Assembly (NCBI GenBank): GCA_051252375.1
Contig: JBPOFY010000002.1
Location: forward strand, 64,001-128,000
DNA: 64,000 nt
Direction: 5' to 3'
DNA from: Opitutaceae bacterium
GTDB taxonomy: Bacteria > Verrucomicrobiota > Verrucomicrobiia > Opitutales > Coraliomargaritaceae
The translations under genes were made by a program, and so were the position numbers. This document shows, piece after piece, positions 51,665-62,258 of the stretch (the stretch's first letter is position 1; the number at the start of each line of letters is the position of its first letter). The notes under the pieces were generated by a model. That model was not told where the DNA came from. It was given only the letters and a program-made list of their open reading frames with translations, and did not search any database.

Positions 51665-52921
51665 CTACCGATGAAAGAGGAATTTTGTAACTCGTTCACT
51701 CTTAGACCGAGTCAGCATCATACGAATACACATCAAATAACGCGGATCAGCAAATCGAAAAGCATTCCCTTGGGCACACCGTTTAAGCAATGGCCGAGCT
51801 TCTGTAGACAGATCTCCTAAAATACTATTAATACCTAAACTTACTTCATGAGTAGACTTAGGAAAATGCTGACGAACAGCCTCTTCGACTCGTATACTAT
51901 CAAACTCAGGTTCATTAATTTTCCCTAATGCATAAAGAACCTGATTCCTACGTCCAGTAACAGTTCCGACCTTATTCATACACATATCAACAATACCATA
52001 TGCTTGGTAGATCGAACCATGAATAAACTCACGGTCTGCAGTGCTAAAAATTTCTTCGGAAAAAACCCATGAACGATCTTCAAGCGCATATGCAAGGCAT
52101 AAACAATACTCATGAATTCTCTGAGCGATTCCTAGGGTAACAGAAAACACTTGTTTTGAAATCGCCTCAACAGTGCTTTGGGGAAGGCTTAATTGCAACT
52201 GCTCTAAAAACCCTTTCCTGACAAATTCTTCAACCTGATCGTTTTTCAAACTCAAGACATGCGGAACTTCACTAATTCGGTTACCAATAGGCTCTAAATT
52301 TGGAATTTTCTGGTAGTATTCAACTACGTCTGCAGGAACACCGACCATTAACAGTTTCACCCGATATCGTGCATACCTACTATCATCTAAAAGCAATATG
52401 ATATTGCCGAGTTCTTCCATCAACTTTGGCTGACGAAATATTGATTCAAGGTTATCTAATGCTAGCACTGCAATTTTCTTACCTGCAGTTTCACGCGCGC
52501 ACTTAAAAGCCATTTCAAGTTTCTCAGCCGTTTTAACCTTATAATCTCTTTTAGCGTTAACTCCACCAGCAGCAACTAAAGCTTTCAACTTAGCATCGAG
52601 TTGTTGCTGGTATCGTTCCCACTGCATAGTTCCTTCCGGAACTAAGGCATTAAAAATTTCCTCAGTGATTGATTCATCTCTAGCTGCATTCGCGAAGTTC
52701 CCATGAAACAACTCCCAACGATTGTCTTTCGCAACTTGCTTAAACATCCAACTCTTACCACTACCACTCTCTCCTGAAATAATAGTATGCAGGGTTCCTT
52801 TTATTGACCGAACTAATGCCTTCTCATGATAGGGTCGATGAATATACATCCTGTGATTCACCTCCGAACTTCGAGGGGTAAAAACACTTTCTATTTCTTT
52901 TCGTTTGCGAGCACTAGTCAT
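51665..52921 (-). CDS. Stand-alone P-loop (AAA+/STAND-like) ATPase with C-terminal winged-helix-like region
   Basis: SVFTP N-terminus, Walker A GESGSGKS, Walker B VLALDNLE, C-terminal FRFADP. Confidence 0.8.
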   Translation of the reverse strand: MTSARKRKEIESVFTPRSSEVNHRMYIHRPYHEKALVRSIKGTLHTIISGESGSGKSWMFKQVAKDNRWELFHGNFANAARDESITEEIFNALVPEGTMQWERYQQQLDAKLKALVAAGGVNAKRDYKVKTAEKLEMAFKCARETAGKKIAVLALDNLESIFRQPKLMEELGNIILLLDDSRYARYRVKLLMVGVPADVVEYYQKIPNLEPIGNRISEVPHVLSLKNDQVEEFVRKGFLEQLQLSLPQSTVEAISKQVFSVTLGIAQRIHEYCLCLAYALEDRSWVFSEEIFSTADREFIHGSIYQAYGIVDMCMNKVGTVTGRRNQVLYALGKINEPEFDSIRVEEAVRQHFPKSTHEVSLGINSILGDLSTEARPLLKRCAQGNAFRFADPRYLMCIRMMLTRSKSERVTKFLFHR

Positions 52922-52970
52922 TATATTCCTAAGTTAAGTCTTAATCTACACATCAAAGCATCTACATTGT

Positions 52971-53000
52971 AAAAAAAAAAGGCCGCCCTTCAGAGCGGCC
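52971..53000 (-). terminator. Intrinsic terminator of nrdA
   Basis: Minus strand GGCCGCTC-TGAA-GGGCGGCC followed by T10. Confidence 0.9.
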
Positions 53001-53014
53001 CTTGCTTTTGAATT

Positions 53015-56000
53015 TTACTGGCAGGCTTCGCACTCTTCGCCATTCATCATGGCTTCGAGGGAGCAGGCTTTGACTTCGGCTTCGGTGTATTCTTGTTTCG
53101 CCGGAGCGGCATCGGTTTGGCCGGCGCGGCCGCGGATTTCCTTCTTTTTGCTGGTGGTGGCTTTCTCGATATTGGAAGCACCTAGCGTGCGGAGGTAATA
53201 AGTGGTCTTGAGCCCCTTGCGCCAGGCGTCGCGATACATGTGAGACAGTGTCTTGATGTCGGCGACGGGGAGGAAGAGATTGACCGATTGTGATTGGTCG
53301 ATCCATTTCTGACGACGCGCGGCGGCATCGATGAAGTATTTATACTCGATACCGAATGCTGTGGTGTATTTCTCGACGAGGTCTTGTGGGACGCCTTCGA
53401 TTGTATCGAGCTCGCCGTCGAAGTATTTCACTTGATCGAGCATGTCCTTGGTCCAGAGGCCGCGGTTCTTGAGGTCGCGAACGAGGTGGGCATTGAGCAC
53501 GATGAAGTCACCAGAGAGATTACTCTTCACGAAGAGATTCTTATAAGTCGGCTCGATGCAGGGTGTGGTGCCCATGATGTTCGAGATCGTCGCTGTTGGC
53601 GCGATCGCGAGGACGTTGGAGTTACGCATACCGTGCTTAGCGATCTTTTCGCGGAGTGGCTTCCAGTCCATCTTACCGGCGCGTGGCACTTCGACTTCTT
53701 CGCCACGCTCATCGGCGAGCATGTCGAGTGTGTCTTGTGGCATGAGACCGCGGTCCCACTTGGAACCTTTGTAGGAGCTGTAGGTGCCGTGCTCAGCTGC
53801 GATATCGCTGGAGGCTTCGTAGGCGTAGTAGGCAATCGCTTCCATGAACTCGTCGTTGAAATCAACGGCGGCTTGGGAGGCGAAGGCGATGTTCTTCTTA
53901 TAGAGGGCGTTTTGCAGACCCATGATACCGAGACCGATTGGGCGGTGACGGCTGTTGGCTGTCTTCGCGGCTGCGGTTGGGTAGAAGTTGATGTCGATCA
54001 CGTTGTCGAGTGCACGAACGGCGATGCTGATCGTGTCGCGGAGCTTTTCGTGGTCGAGGTTGCCATCTTTATCGAGGTGCGAGTCAAGCACGACGGAACC
54101 GAGGTTACAGACAGCGGTTTCTTCGTCGCTGGTGTTGAGTGTGATCTCGGTGCAGAGATTGGAGCTATGGATGACACCACAGTGATCTTGCGGGCTACGG
54201 ACGTTACAAGGGTCCTTGAATGTGATCCAAGGGTGACCGGTTTCGAAGATCATCTTGAGCATGGACTTCCAGAGGTCGATCGCCGGACGTTTTTGACCGA
54301 AGATTTCGCCGCGCTCGGCCATGGCTTCGTATTCGCAGTAGCGCTCTTCGAAAGCTTTGCCGTAGAGCTCGTGGAGGTCTGGGCATTCGTTGGAGCGGAA
54401 CAGGGTCCAGTCTTGGCGACCTTCCATGCGCTTCATGAACAAGTCGGGAACCCAGTTCGCGGTATTCATGTCGTGGGTACGGCGACGGTCGTCTCCGGTG
54501 TTCTTACGTAGCTCGAGGAAATCGTCGAGGTCGTTGTGCCATGTTTCGAGGTATGCACAGCCGGAACCGCGACGCTTGCCACCTTGGTTGACAGCGACGA
54601 GTTGGTCATTGTGCAACTTAAGGAATGGGATGACGCCTTGTGACTCGCCGTTGGTGCCCTTGATGAAACCACCGGTGCCGCGAACAGCTGTCCAGGAACC
54701 ACCGAGTCCCCCAGCCCACTTGGACAGGAAGGCGTTGTCGGCGATACCGCGGTGCATGATCGACTCGATGCTGTCGTCTACCTTGTAGAGGTAGCAGGAA
54801 GAGAGCTGTGAGTGGAGTGTGCCGGAGTTAAAGAGTGTTGGTGTGGAGGAGCAGAAACGACGGCTCTTGTAGAGGTTGTAGAGGCGTAGTGCGTAACCTT
54901 CGCGGTCTTCTTTCTCGTGGTGGAAGAGACCCATGGATACACGGATCCAGAAGAACTGTGGCACTTCGAGGCGGACGTGCTTCTTGGCGGTCTTATCGAC
55001 GATCAAGTAGCGATCATACATGGTCTGCACGCCGAGGTAATCGAAGTCGAGGTCGGCTGATGGATCGAGTGCCTTGGCGATGCGGTCGATATCGAAGTCG
55101 AGGAGCTTCGGGTTGACGCGGTCGATCTCGATGGCGCGCTTAAGGTATGGCTTGAATGCACGGCGGTGTGCTTCTTTGAGGTTGTCGACGCCGTCGCGAA
55201 CGATGTCCCAATCAAGCACTTCTTCGTAGATGTAAGTGAGGAGGATACGGCCTGCAAATTTAGCGAAGTCGGCATCTTTCTCGATCATGCTCTTGGCATT
55301 GAGAATGATGGTCTTCTGCAAGTCTGCGCGTTTCATCTCTGGGTAGAGTGAGCGGCGGAGTTCTTTTTCGATCGCGTCTGCGTTGAGATTGAGATCGAGA
55401 CCGATGGAGGCGAAGTCGATGCGGCGCTTGAGATCGACGGCATCCCAGAATGTGTTTTCACCGTTTTCTTCGGTGACGACGATCATGGACTCTTGCTCAG
55501 TCTCTGGCACTGGTGCGATGCCCTCTTCTTCACGAACGTGTGAGCGACGTGCACGGTAAAGGATGTAAGCCTCGGCTACCTTGAAGTGACCTTGACGCAT
55601 CATCTCTTCTTGGACGGCGTCTTGCACATCTTCGATATTGATGAAGGCTTGGCCGCCTACGTTGAGGCGATCGGTGACCGCACGTGCGATGTCGATAGCT
55701 GGCTCGGAATCGAGGTGAAGGGAAAGGAAAGACTTACGCACAGCGATCTCGATCTTGGATTCACCCCAAGGCACGACTTGACCGTTGCGGCGGATCAAAC
55801 GGATGGAGACTGGCTCGCGCTCGTCGGTGCGTAGTGACTTATTACGGCCAAACATGAGGCTACGGGCAACATCGTGCGCATCGCTCTCGATGAGTGCTTT
55901 TTCAATCAGCATATGGATGTCGTGCGTAGAAAGCTTAAGAGAACGACCTTGGTCGATTTGCTCTGCCAACACGGTGCCGACGCTGTCTGCGACCTTGGCA

Positions 56001-56263
56001 ACAAACTTTTGATTCACCTCGGTGAAGATGTCCTGCTCATCACGAGAAAGGAGTAGATCGGTCAATGCAGCACCGATTGTATCTGCGATTTCTGCGAGGT
56101 CGAAATCACGCTCACCACCTTCGGCTTCAATCTTGATTTCAGAACGGTGAAAACGGTCCTCACCGAGAACGGCAGCCCAGTCGAAACGTGGTTTTTTTTC
56201 TTTAGGTGTGGCGGCGTAGCGTTTGAGCTCGAGATCTTCTTCGAAGGAAATTTTGTTTATCAT
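53015..56263 (-). CDS. nrdA: Ribonucleoside-diphosphate reductase alpha subunit with multiple N-terminal ATP cones
   Basis: STPTLFNSG, QLSSCYL, SSNLCTEI, VCNLGS, IAPTATIS, KTTYYLR, C-terminal CEAC. Confidence 0.97.
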   Translation of the reverse strand: MINKISFEEDLELKRYAATPKEKKPRFDWAAVLGEDRFHRSEIKIEAEGGERDFDLAEIADTIGAALTDLLLSRDEQDIFTEVNQKFVAKVADSVGTVLAEQIDQGRSLKLSTHDIHMLIEKALIESDAHDVARSLMFGRNKSLRTDEREPVSIRLIRRNGQVVPWGESKIEIAVRKSFLSLHLDSEPAIDIARAVTDRLNVGGQAFINIEDVQDAVQEEMMRQGHFKVAEAYILYRARRSHVREEEGIAPVPETEQESMIVVTEENGENTFWDAVDLKRRIDFASIGLDLNLNADAIEKELRRSLYPEMKRADLQKTIILNAKSMIEKDADFAKFAGRILLTYIYEEVLDWDIVRDGVDNLKEAHRRAFKPYLKRAIEIDRVNPKLLDFDIDRIAKALDPSADLDFDYLGVQTMYDRYLIVDKTAKKHVRLEVPQFFWIRVSMGLFHHEKEDREGYALRLYNLYKSRRFCSSTPTLFNSGTLHSQLSSCYLYKVDDSIESIMHRGIADNAFLSKWAGGLGGSWTAVRGTGGFIKGTNGESQGVIPFLKLHNDQLVAVNQGGKRRGSGCAYLETWHNDLDDFLELRKNTGDDRRRTHDMNTANWVPDLFMKRMEGRQDWTLFRSNECPDLHELYGKAFEERYCEYEAMAERGEIFGQKRPAIDLWKSMLKMIFETGHPWITFKDPCNVRSPQDHCGVIHSSNLCTEITLNTSDEETAVCNLGSVVLDSHLDKDGNLDHEKLRDTISIAVRALDNVIDINFYPTAAAKTANSRHRPIGLGIMGLQNALYKKNIAFASQAAVDFNDEFMEAIAYYAYEASSDIAAEHGTYSSYKGSKWDRGLMPQDTLDMLADERGEEVEVPRAGKMDWKPLREKIAKHGMRNSNVLAIAPTATISNIMGTTPCIEPTYKNLFVKSNLSGDFIVLNAHLVRDLKNRGLWTKDMLDQVKYFDGELDTIEGVPQDLVEKYTTAFGIEYKYFIDAAARRQKWIDQSQSVNLFLPVADIKTLSHMYRDAWRKGLKTTYYLRTLGASNIEKATTSKKKEIRGRAGQTDAAPAKQEYTEAEVKACSLEAMMNGEECEACQ

Positions 56264-56330
56264 GGAAGTTGTTAGTTAGAAAGTGAATGTTGTTTGCGAT
56301 GAACAGGAGTAGTTAGTGACAATGGATAAA

Positions 56331-56360
56331 ACGGAGGCCGTGCAGGGAATCGGCCTCCGT
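56331..56360. other. Intergenic stem-loop between nrdB and nrdA
   Basis: ACGGAGGCCG-N10-CGGCCTCCGT perfect 10-bp stem, with only a short T tract. Confidence 0.6.
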
Positions 56361-56377
56361 GAAAGGGTTTGAATGGC

Positions 56378-57460
<1,083 letters not shown>

Positions 57461-57650
57461 GGATAGTGGGTCTGGTTGAGTTGATTGTTAAAAATTGTAA
57501 AAAAATGCGGCGAAAACGAGGTCTTAGAGACAGCTCACGCAGCGCTTGAAGGCGTTGAAATCGAAGAAGTTAGTAGACTTTTGAGGAACAATTAGGGGTT
57601 GGTAACGATTTGGATAGTGGAAAGCCAAATGCACGTTGTCAACAAAAGCC

Positions 57651-57697
57651 ACACAAGATATACGACATTTTTTCAATTTTAACACTATATCTAGTAA
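57651..57697. promoter_or_regulatory. Tandem NrdR boxes
   Basis: ACACAAGATATACGAC (57651-57666) and ACACTATATCTAGTAA (57682-57697), starts 31 bp apart, upstream of nrdB; resemble acaCwAtATaTwGtg. Confidence 0.75.
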
Positions 57698-57970
57698 TTA
57701 TGCACAATTTGTTCACAATCCAATGTGAGTAAGTCATCGGTCATTTCCTTGAGAATGAGCCATTTAGCGACAATTTCGATGATGACGAAATACGAGTCGC
57801 CTAGCGCGAGTTGCGAGGGACATCGCAAATGGTAAAAAAACCGCAATAAAAGCACATTTTCGCGTAACTTTCTTTGCCAAAAGGCGATACGAGAGGTAAG
57901 CATGAACGCGAATTCAAATACATCCCGCGCTCGGACTTGGGGATCCCTCCCCCATACCGCTACCGCAACC

Positions 57971-58549
<579 letters not shown>

Positions 58550-58583
58550 ACACACTTCCCACTTTAATCAGTCATTTAATATC

Positions 58584-58979
58584 ATGAAAACCACCGACCC
58601 ACGCGATCCACTCGATCAAAAGATCGACGCCCTCTTCGCCAGCCGCCCTATTAAGCCGGACAGCGACTTTGCCACGCGCGTGCTCAACGCCGCCGAGGCG
58701 ATTCCGCCGCAAGCGACCAAACGCCCCAGCGTCATGGCGCCGATCATTCGCTTCGCCTTACCAATCGCGGCCGCGATCGCACTGGCACTCACTATTGTGC
58801 AAGTGAATAAGCCGGGCACGCCCATCACACCTGCCGCCAATCTAACCGCAGCCGAAGCACAGGAAATTTTCCTATTGGAAGAAACTCTCAGTGGACTCAA
58901 CAGTTTAAGTAACCAAAGCCTAGGCGGCAGCAACTTGCTCTCCACCCTCGAAGCGCTTACATACGACATCGAATCATGA
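58584..58979 (+). CDS. Probable single-TM anti-sigma factor
   Basis: Follows the ECF gene; DFATRVL motif then one TM. Confidence 0.7.
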   Translation: MKTTDPRDPLDQKIDALFASRPIKPDSDFATRVLNAAEAIPPQATKRPSVMAPIIRFALPIAAAIALALTIVQVNKPGTPITPAANLTAAEAQEIFLLEETLSGLNSLSNQSLGGSNLLSTLEALTYDIES

Positions 58980-59491
58980 AAACATCTCTCAAACACACGC
59001 TCTTCATCATCGGCAGCCTGAGCATCAGCTTACTGCCTGTCGCAGCCAACGAAGACGCCGCGCCACCACCGCCTCCGGGCCATGAAACGCGCTTACTTCA
59101 ACATCTCTTGCAGATGGATAGCCAGGAGCTGGTGAATCTACGCCAGACGATCGAGCGCATCGAAAAGATGTCACCCGAAGAAAAGGCACGTCTCAATCAA
59201 CGGATTGGAAAAATGCACGACATGGATCCCGAACGAATCGAGAACATGCGCAAAAAGTATGAAGCCATTCCCGAAGAGACACGCCAAGCCATGCGCAATC
59301 GCTGGATGGAGATGACTCCGGAAGAACGCGATGCATGGCGCGAAAAACTGCGCGCCATGACTCCAGAAGAGCGCGACGCCGCATTTGAAGAAAATGGATT
59401 TCTACCATCACGTCCCAAAGAAGACAGGAAGGGTCCGCCTCGCGAAAGAGAGCATAAAAAGGGTTTCGAAAAAGACTCAAAAAATCTTTAA
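58976..59491 (+). CDS. Secreted helical-repeat protein (DUF3106-like)
   Basis: Signal peptide; repeats MSPEEK, MTPEER, MTPEER; ATGA overlap with the anti-sigma gene. Confidence 0.7.
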   Translation: MKTSLKHTLFIIGSLSISLLPVAANEDAAPPPPPGHETRLLQHLLQMDSQELVNLRQTIERIEKMSPEEKARLNQRIGKMHDMDPERIENMRKKYEAIPEETRQAMRNRWMEMTPEERDAWREKLRAMTPEERDAAFEENGFLPSRPKEDRKGPPREREHKKGFEKDSKNL

Positions 59492-59564
59492 TCGATGGCT
59501 TGACAGATGAAGAATCTGAAGCAATCTCCACAACTTCGTTAGCGCTTCGGCGTTTACGGCACTT

Positions 59565-59637
<73 letters not shown>

Positions 59638-59644
59638 GGCACCG

Positions 59645-59720
<76 letters not shown>

Positions 59721-59724
59721 TTTT

Positions 59725-59757
59725 AAAACCCTAAGTCCCAAGGACTTAGGGTTTTTT
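59725..59757 (+). terminator. Intrinsic terminator after the tRNA pair
   Basis: AAAACCCTAAGTCC-CAA-GGACTTAGGGTTTTTT. Confidence 0.88.
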
Positions 59758-59898
59758 AATGCCCCTACATAAGTAACGATTTGCGCCTAGTTTAGCGCTC
59801 AATCATTACTTCAAAATCTGGAAACACTGGTTTTTCAGAGCTTAATCGCAGGATTTGGAACACTTGACAAAGGCGGTGCAATCTGCTCCAATTCGACG

Positions 59899-59934
59899 AA
59901 AAGGCGGATACAAAAGGCGGATACAAAAGGCGGA
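59899..59934 (+). repeat. 13-bp direct repeats, probable integrase arm-type sites
   Basis: AAAAGGCGGATAC x2 plus AAAAGGCGGA; related CAAAGGCGGTGC at 59868. Confidence 0.75.
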
Positions 59935-59966
59935 AAAACAAAAAAACGATCAACCAAAGACAGGCC

Positions 59967-61238
59967 ATGATACGTTCAAAACACGACTTCTCATTGACGC
60001 CCAAAAAGGGCTGTAAAAACGGCAATCTTTACCGGCATGGCCAGAAAAATCTGATTTACTGCCGCTTCTTTCATACTGCGAACGGAAAGAAGGTTGAGGT
60101 TCGCCAGTCCACCGACAGCACCACGGAAAAAGATGCGAAAACGGTGGCTTGGGTGATTTACCTCCAAGCGACCGGCCGAGCGAAAGAAGGCGAGACTCCG
60201 AACAAACCTGTGCGGAACACATCGCCGAAGATCGGAAGGGTCACACAGTTCTTAACCGAGAATCGCTCACGGTGCTGTAACCGTGCTTCTGCAAGCTCTG
60301 TGCTAGGATACGTCCAGGCTCTCAGCCGGGCAATTGAGTTGGTTGATCCAAAGACAGATTGGAAAAATGCCAATGTCTCGATACTTAACGATGAATTCGT
60401 CTACAAGTGGCGTGCAGCCAAGTATCGCGAGCGCAAGTTGGATATAAACGAACCGGCGGATGTGGATCCCTACTTCAACGCGAATATTAATTCAGAATGG
60501 AATAACGCCAAAGCTGTGTTCGGCAAAAAGGCGGTGCTAGCTTATCAAGATGCTGGCATGCACATGCCGCCTCAACTGTTCCGGATGCTGGCCGTGCCAC
60601 GTATGCCTCAAGAAGTGGATGGATTCACGGAGATCCCGGCAGCGATTGATATGCAGATGCAGATTTGCGCGCAAGCGGCTATTCACAGGGCGCGCGGACT
60701 CGACTACCAAGTGCCGGAGGGCGCGGGCTGGGAAGTGCCGACCGCGAAGGTGGCGGTCGTTTACGAAATGGCGCGCTTCTGCGCTTTGACGCAAAAAGAG
60801 ATCGCACACGCGTGGCGCGGCTGGCTATCGGCAGACCTCAAATCCCTCAACGTCGGCCCTTACCAGGATTCCAAGGGCGTCAACTTCGTCACCAAGATGA
60901 ATGCCAAAAATGGCAGCATACCGCTTAATCCGCAGCGGGTGCAGTGGTGGCTCGATATTCTCGGCACCGAGGGCGAATACCTCCTCCCGGGCGAGTATAA
61001 AACCCAGCGCACAAACTTATGCAGTCGCGAAGCGAACCCTTGGATCGGCAAGTTTTTCGGCACCGACCGAAAAAAACGCTTACACGATCTACGCAAGCAG
61101 GCCGGTAGCGACGTGTATAAAGCATCAGCCAGCTTGACGGCGGCCGCAGCATTCATCCGCGACAACGAAGAGACGGCCCGGAAGTATTATTTGCCCAAAG
61201 GTCACAACTCAGCGCAGTTCGGGGTGGTCGGGCTCTAG
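59967..61238 (+). CDS. Divergent tyrosine recombinase/integrase
   Basis: Arm-binding-like N-terminus; C-terminal LHDLRKQAG...ETARKYY; located next to a tRNA. Confidence 0.8.
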   Translation: MIRSKHDFSLTPKKGCKNGNLYRHGQKNLIYCRFFHTANGKKVEVRQSTDSTTEKDAKTVAWVIYLQATGRAKEGETPNKPVRNTSPKIGRVTQFLTENRSRCCNRASASSVLGYVQALSRAIELVDPKTDWKNANVSILNDEFVYKWRAAKYRERKLDINEPADVDPYFNANINSEWNNAKAVFGKKAVLAYQDAGMHMPPQLFRMLAVPRMPQEVDGFTEIPAAIDMQMQICAQAAIHRARGLDYQVPEGAGWEVPTAKVAVVYEMARFCALTQKEIAHAWRGWLSADLKSLNVGPYQDSKGVNFVTKMNAKNGSIPLNPQRVQWWLDILGTEGEYLLPGEYKTQRTNLCSREANPWIGKFFGTDRKKRLHDLRKQAGSDVYKASASLTAAAAFIRDNEETARKYYLPKGHNSAQFGVVGL

Positions 61239-61257
61239 GCCAATCATCAGGATTTGA
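61196..61257 (+). repeat. 62-bp direct repeat, copy 1 (integrase 3' end and stop codon)
   Basis: CAAAGGTCACAACTCAGCGCAGTTCGGGGTGGTCGGGCTCTAGGCCAATCATCAGGATTTGA; 58/62 identical to 61971-62032. Confidence 0.95.
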
Positions 61258-61386
61258 TCGGCTCACGCTGACCCGCAGGTTGACTCATCCGGAAACGGCC
61301 ACCTTTCGAGCACTGCCGAGGGCACAGGGATCGTTCGTTTAGTTTAAAACTTGACTAACAGTTTTAACGCGTTATACCGGTCAAGG

Positions 61387-61875
61387 ATGAAAACCATAGA
61401 AATAGACGACGACATCTACGACCACCTCCTAAATAATGTGCAAAGCATCGGCGAGGACGCCTCCTCCATCCTCCGCCGTCTGCTTGGCCTGAGCGAAGGA
61501 AATAGCCAAGCTACTACTGCAACAGTAGAAGCCTCTCCGATCGATAAATGCCTGAACGATCCTAGCTTTCGCTCTAGCCGCAAAGCTATAGACCGCTTCA
61601 TGTTCACGCTCACCTGGCTCTACAGGCAACAGCCCGAAGATTTTGAACGAGTTCTCCGCATTCGAGGTCGCCAAAGAGTCTATTTCTCCAAAACCGAGCG
61701 GGAAATTAATGCCAGTGGCGACAGCGCCTTCCCAAAGCAGATCCCAGAGACTCCCTACTGGGTCGTAACGAACAATGACACACCCAAGAAGCAGCGTATG
61801 CTTTTTGACGTAATGATTACTCTGAGCTATTCAAAGACCGATGCCTCACGCCTATGCCGAGCCCTAAAAGCTTAG
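61387..61875 (+). CDS. seqA: SeqA homologue (N-terminal oligomerisation and C-terminal DNA-binding domains)
   Basis: MKTIEIDDDIYDHLLNNVQSIGEDASSILRRLL resembles E. coli [46 protein letters not shown] and PKQIPETPYWVVTNNDT resemble AVNRFM, GRTRVYF and PKHVPGTPYWVITNTNT (reference sequence recalled). ATG at 61387. Confidence 0.88.
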   Translation: MKTIEIDDDIYDHLLNNVQSIGEDASSILRRLLGLSEGNSQATTATVEASPIDKCLNDPSFRSSRKAIDRFMFTLTWLYRQQPEDFERVLRIRGRQRVYFSKTEREINASGDSAFPKQIPETPYWVVTNNDTPKKQRMLFDVMITLSYSKTDASRLCRALKA

Positions 61876-61970
61876 GCTAAATTAGTCCCTACGCGCCAAT
61901 TCAGACCCTCCCGTCCGACCTAGGCAACACCTAGCTTCAATCTACACCTGCTCACGAGTCAATAAGTGGA

Positions 61971-62032
61971 CAAAGGTCACAACTCGACGCAGTTCGGGGT
62001 GGTCGGGCTCTAGGCCAATCCTCATGATTTGA
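61971..62032 (+). repeat. 62-bp direct repeat, copy 2
   Basis: CAAAGGTCACAACTCGACGCAGTTCGGGGTGGTCGGGCTCTAGGCCAATCCTCATGATTTGA. Confidence 0.95.
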
Positions 62033-62258
62033 CTGGTGCACACCAGCTAGTCCATTACCTAAGACCAGTTTCGAGGGGCTCCATCATCGTCGCTTATATC
62101 CTAAATATGCGGACATGCAGCCAACAGCTTTGTTTGCCACACGATTCGCCCTCAAAAGATCCAGAAACTCGGACTTTTGCTTTGCTAGTGCCTGAACAAA
62201 CGCCTTCTATCAAAGGCTCCACTCCAATTCGATGCTCTTACAGAAAATATAACAAACT

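Noticed and set aside
53294..54511. 405-aa plus-strand ORF (and other long ORFs opposite nrdA/nrdB)
   Set aside because: Antisense shadow of the strongly codon-biased nrdA; no recognisable motifs.
61351..61386. TTG start extending the SeqA homologue
   Set aside because: SeqA similarity begins exactly at ATG 61387, and the extension looks like promoter sequence.
61387..61875. Nearby oriC implied by seqA
   Set aside because: No DnaA-box cluster or dense GATC array is evident, and the gene sits in an island.
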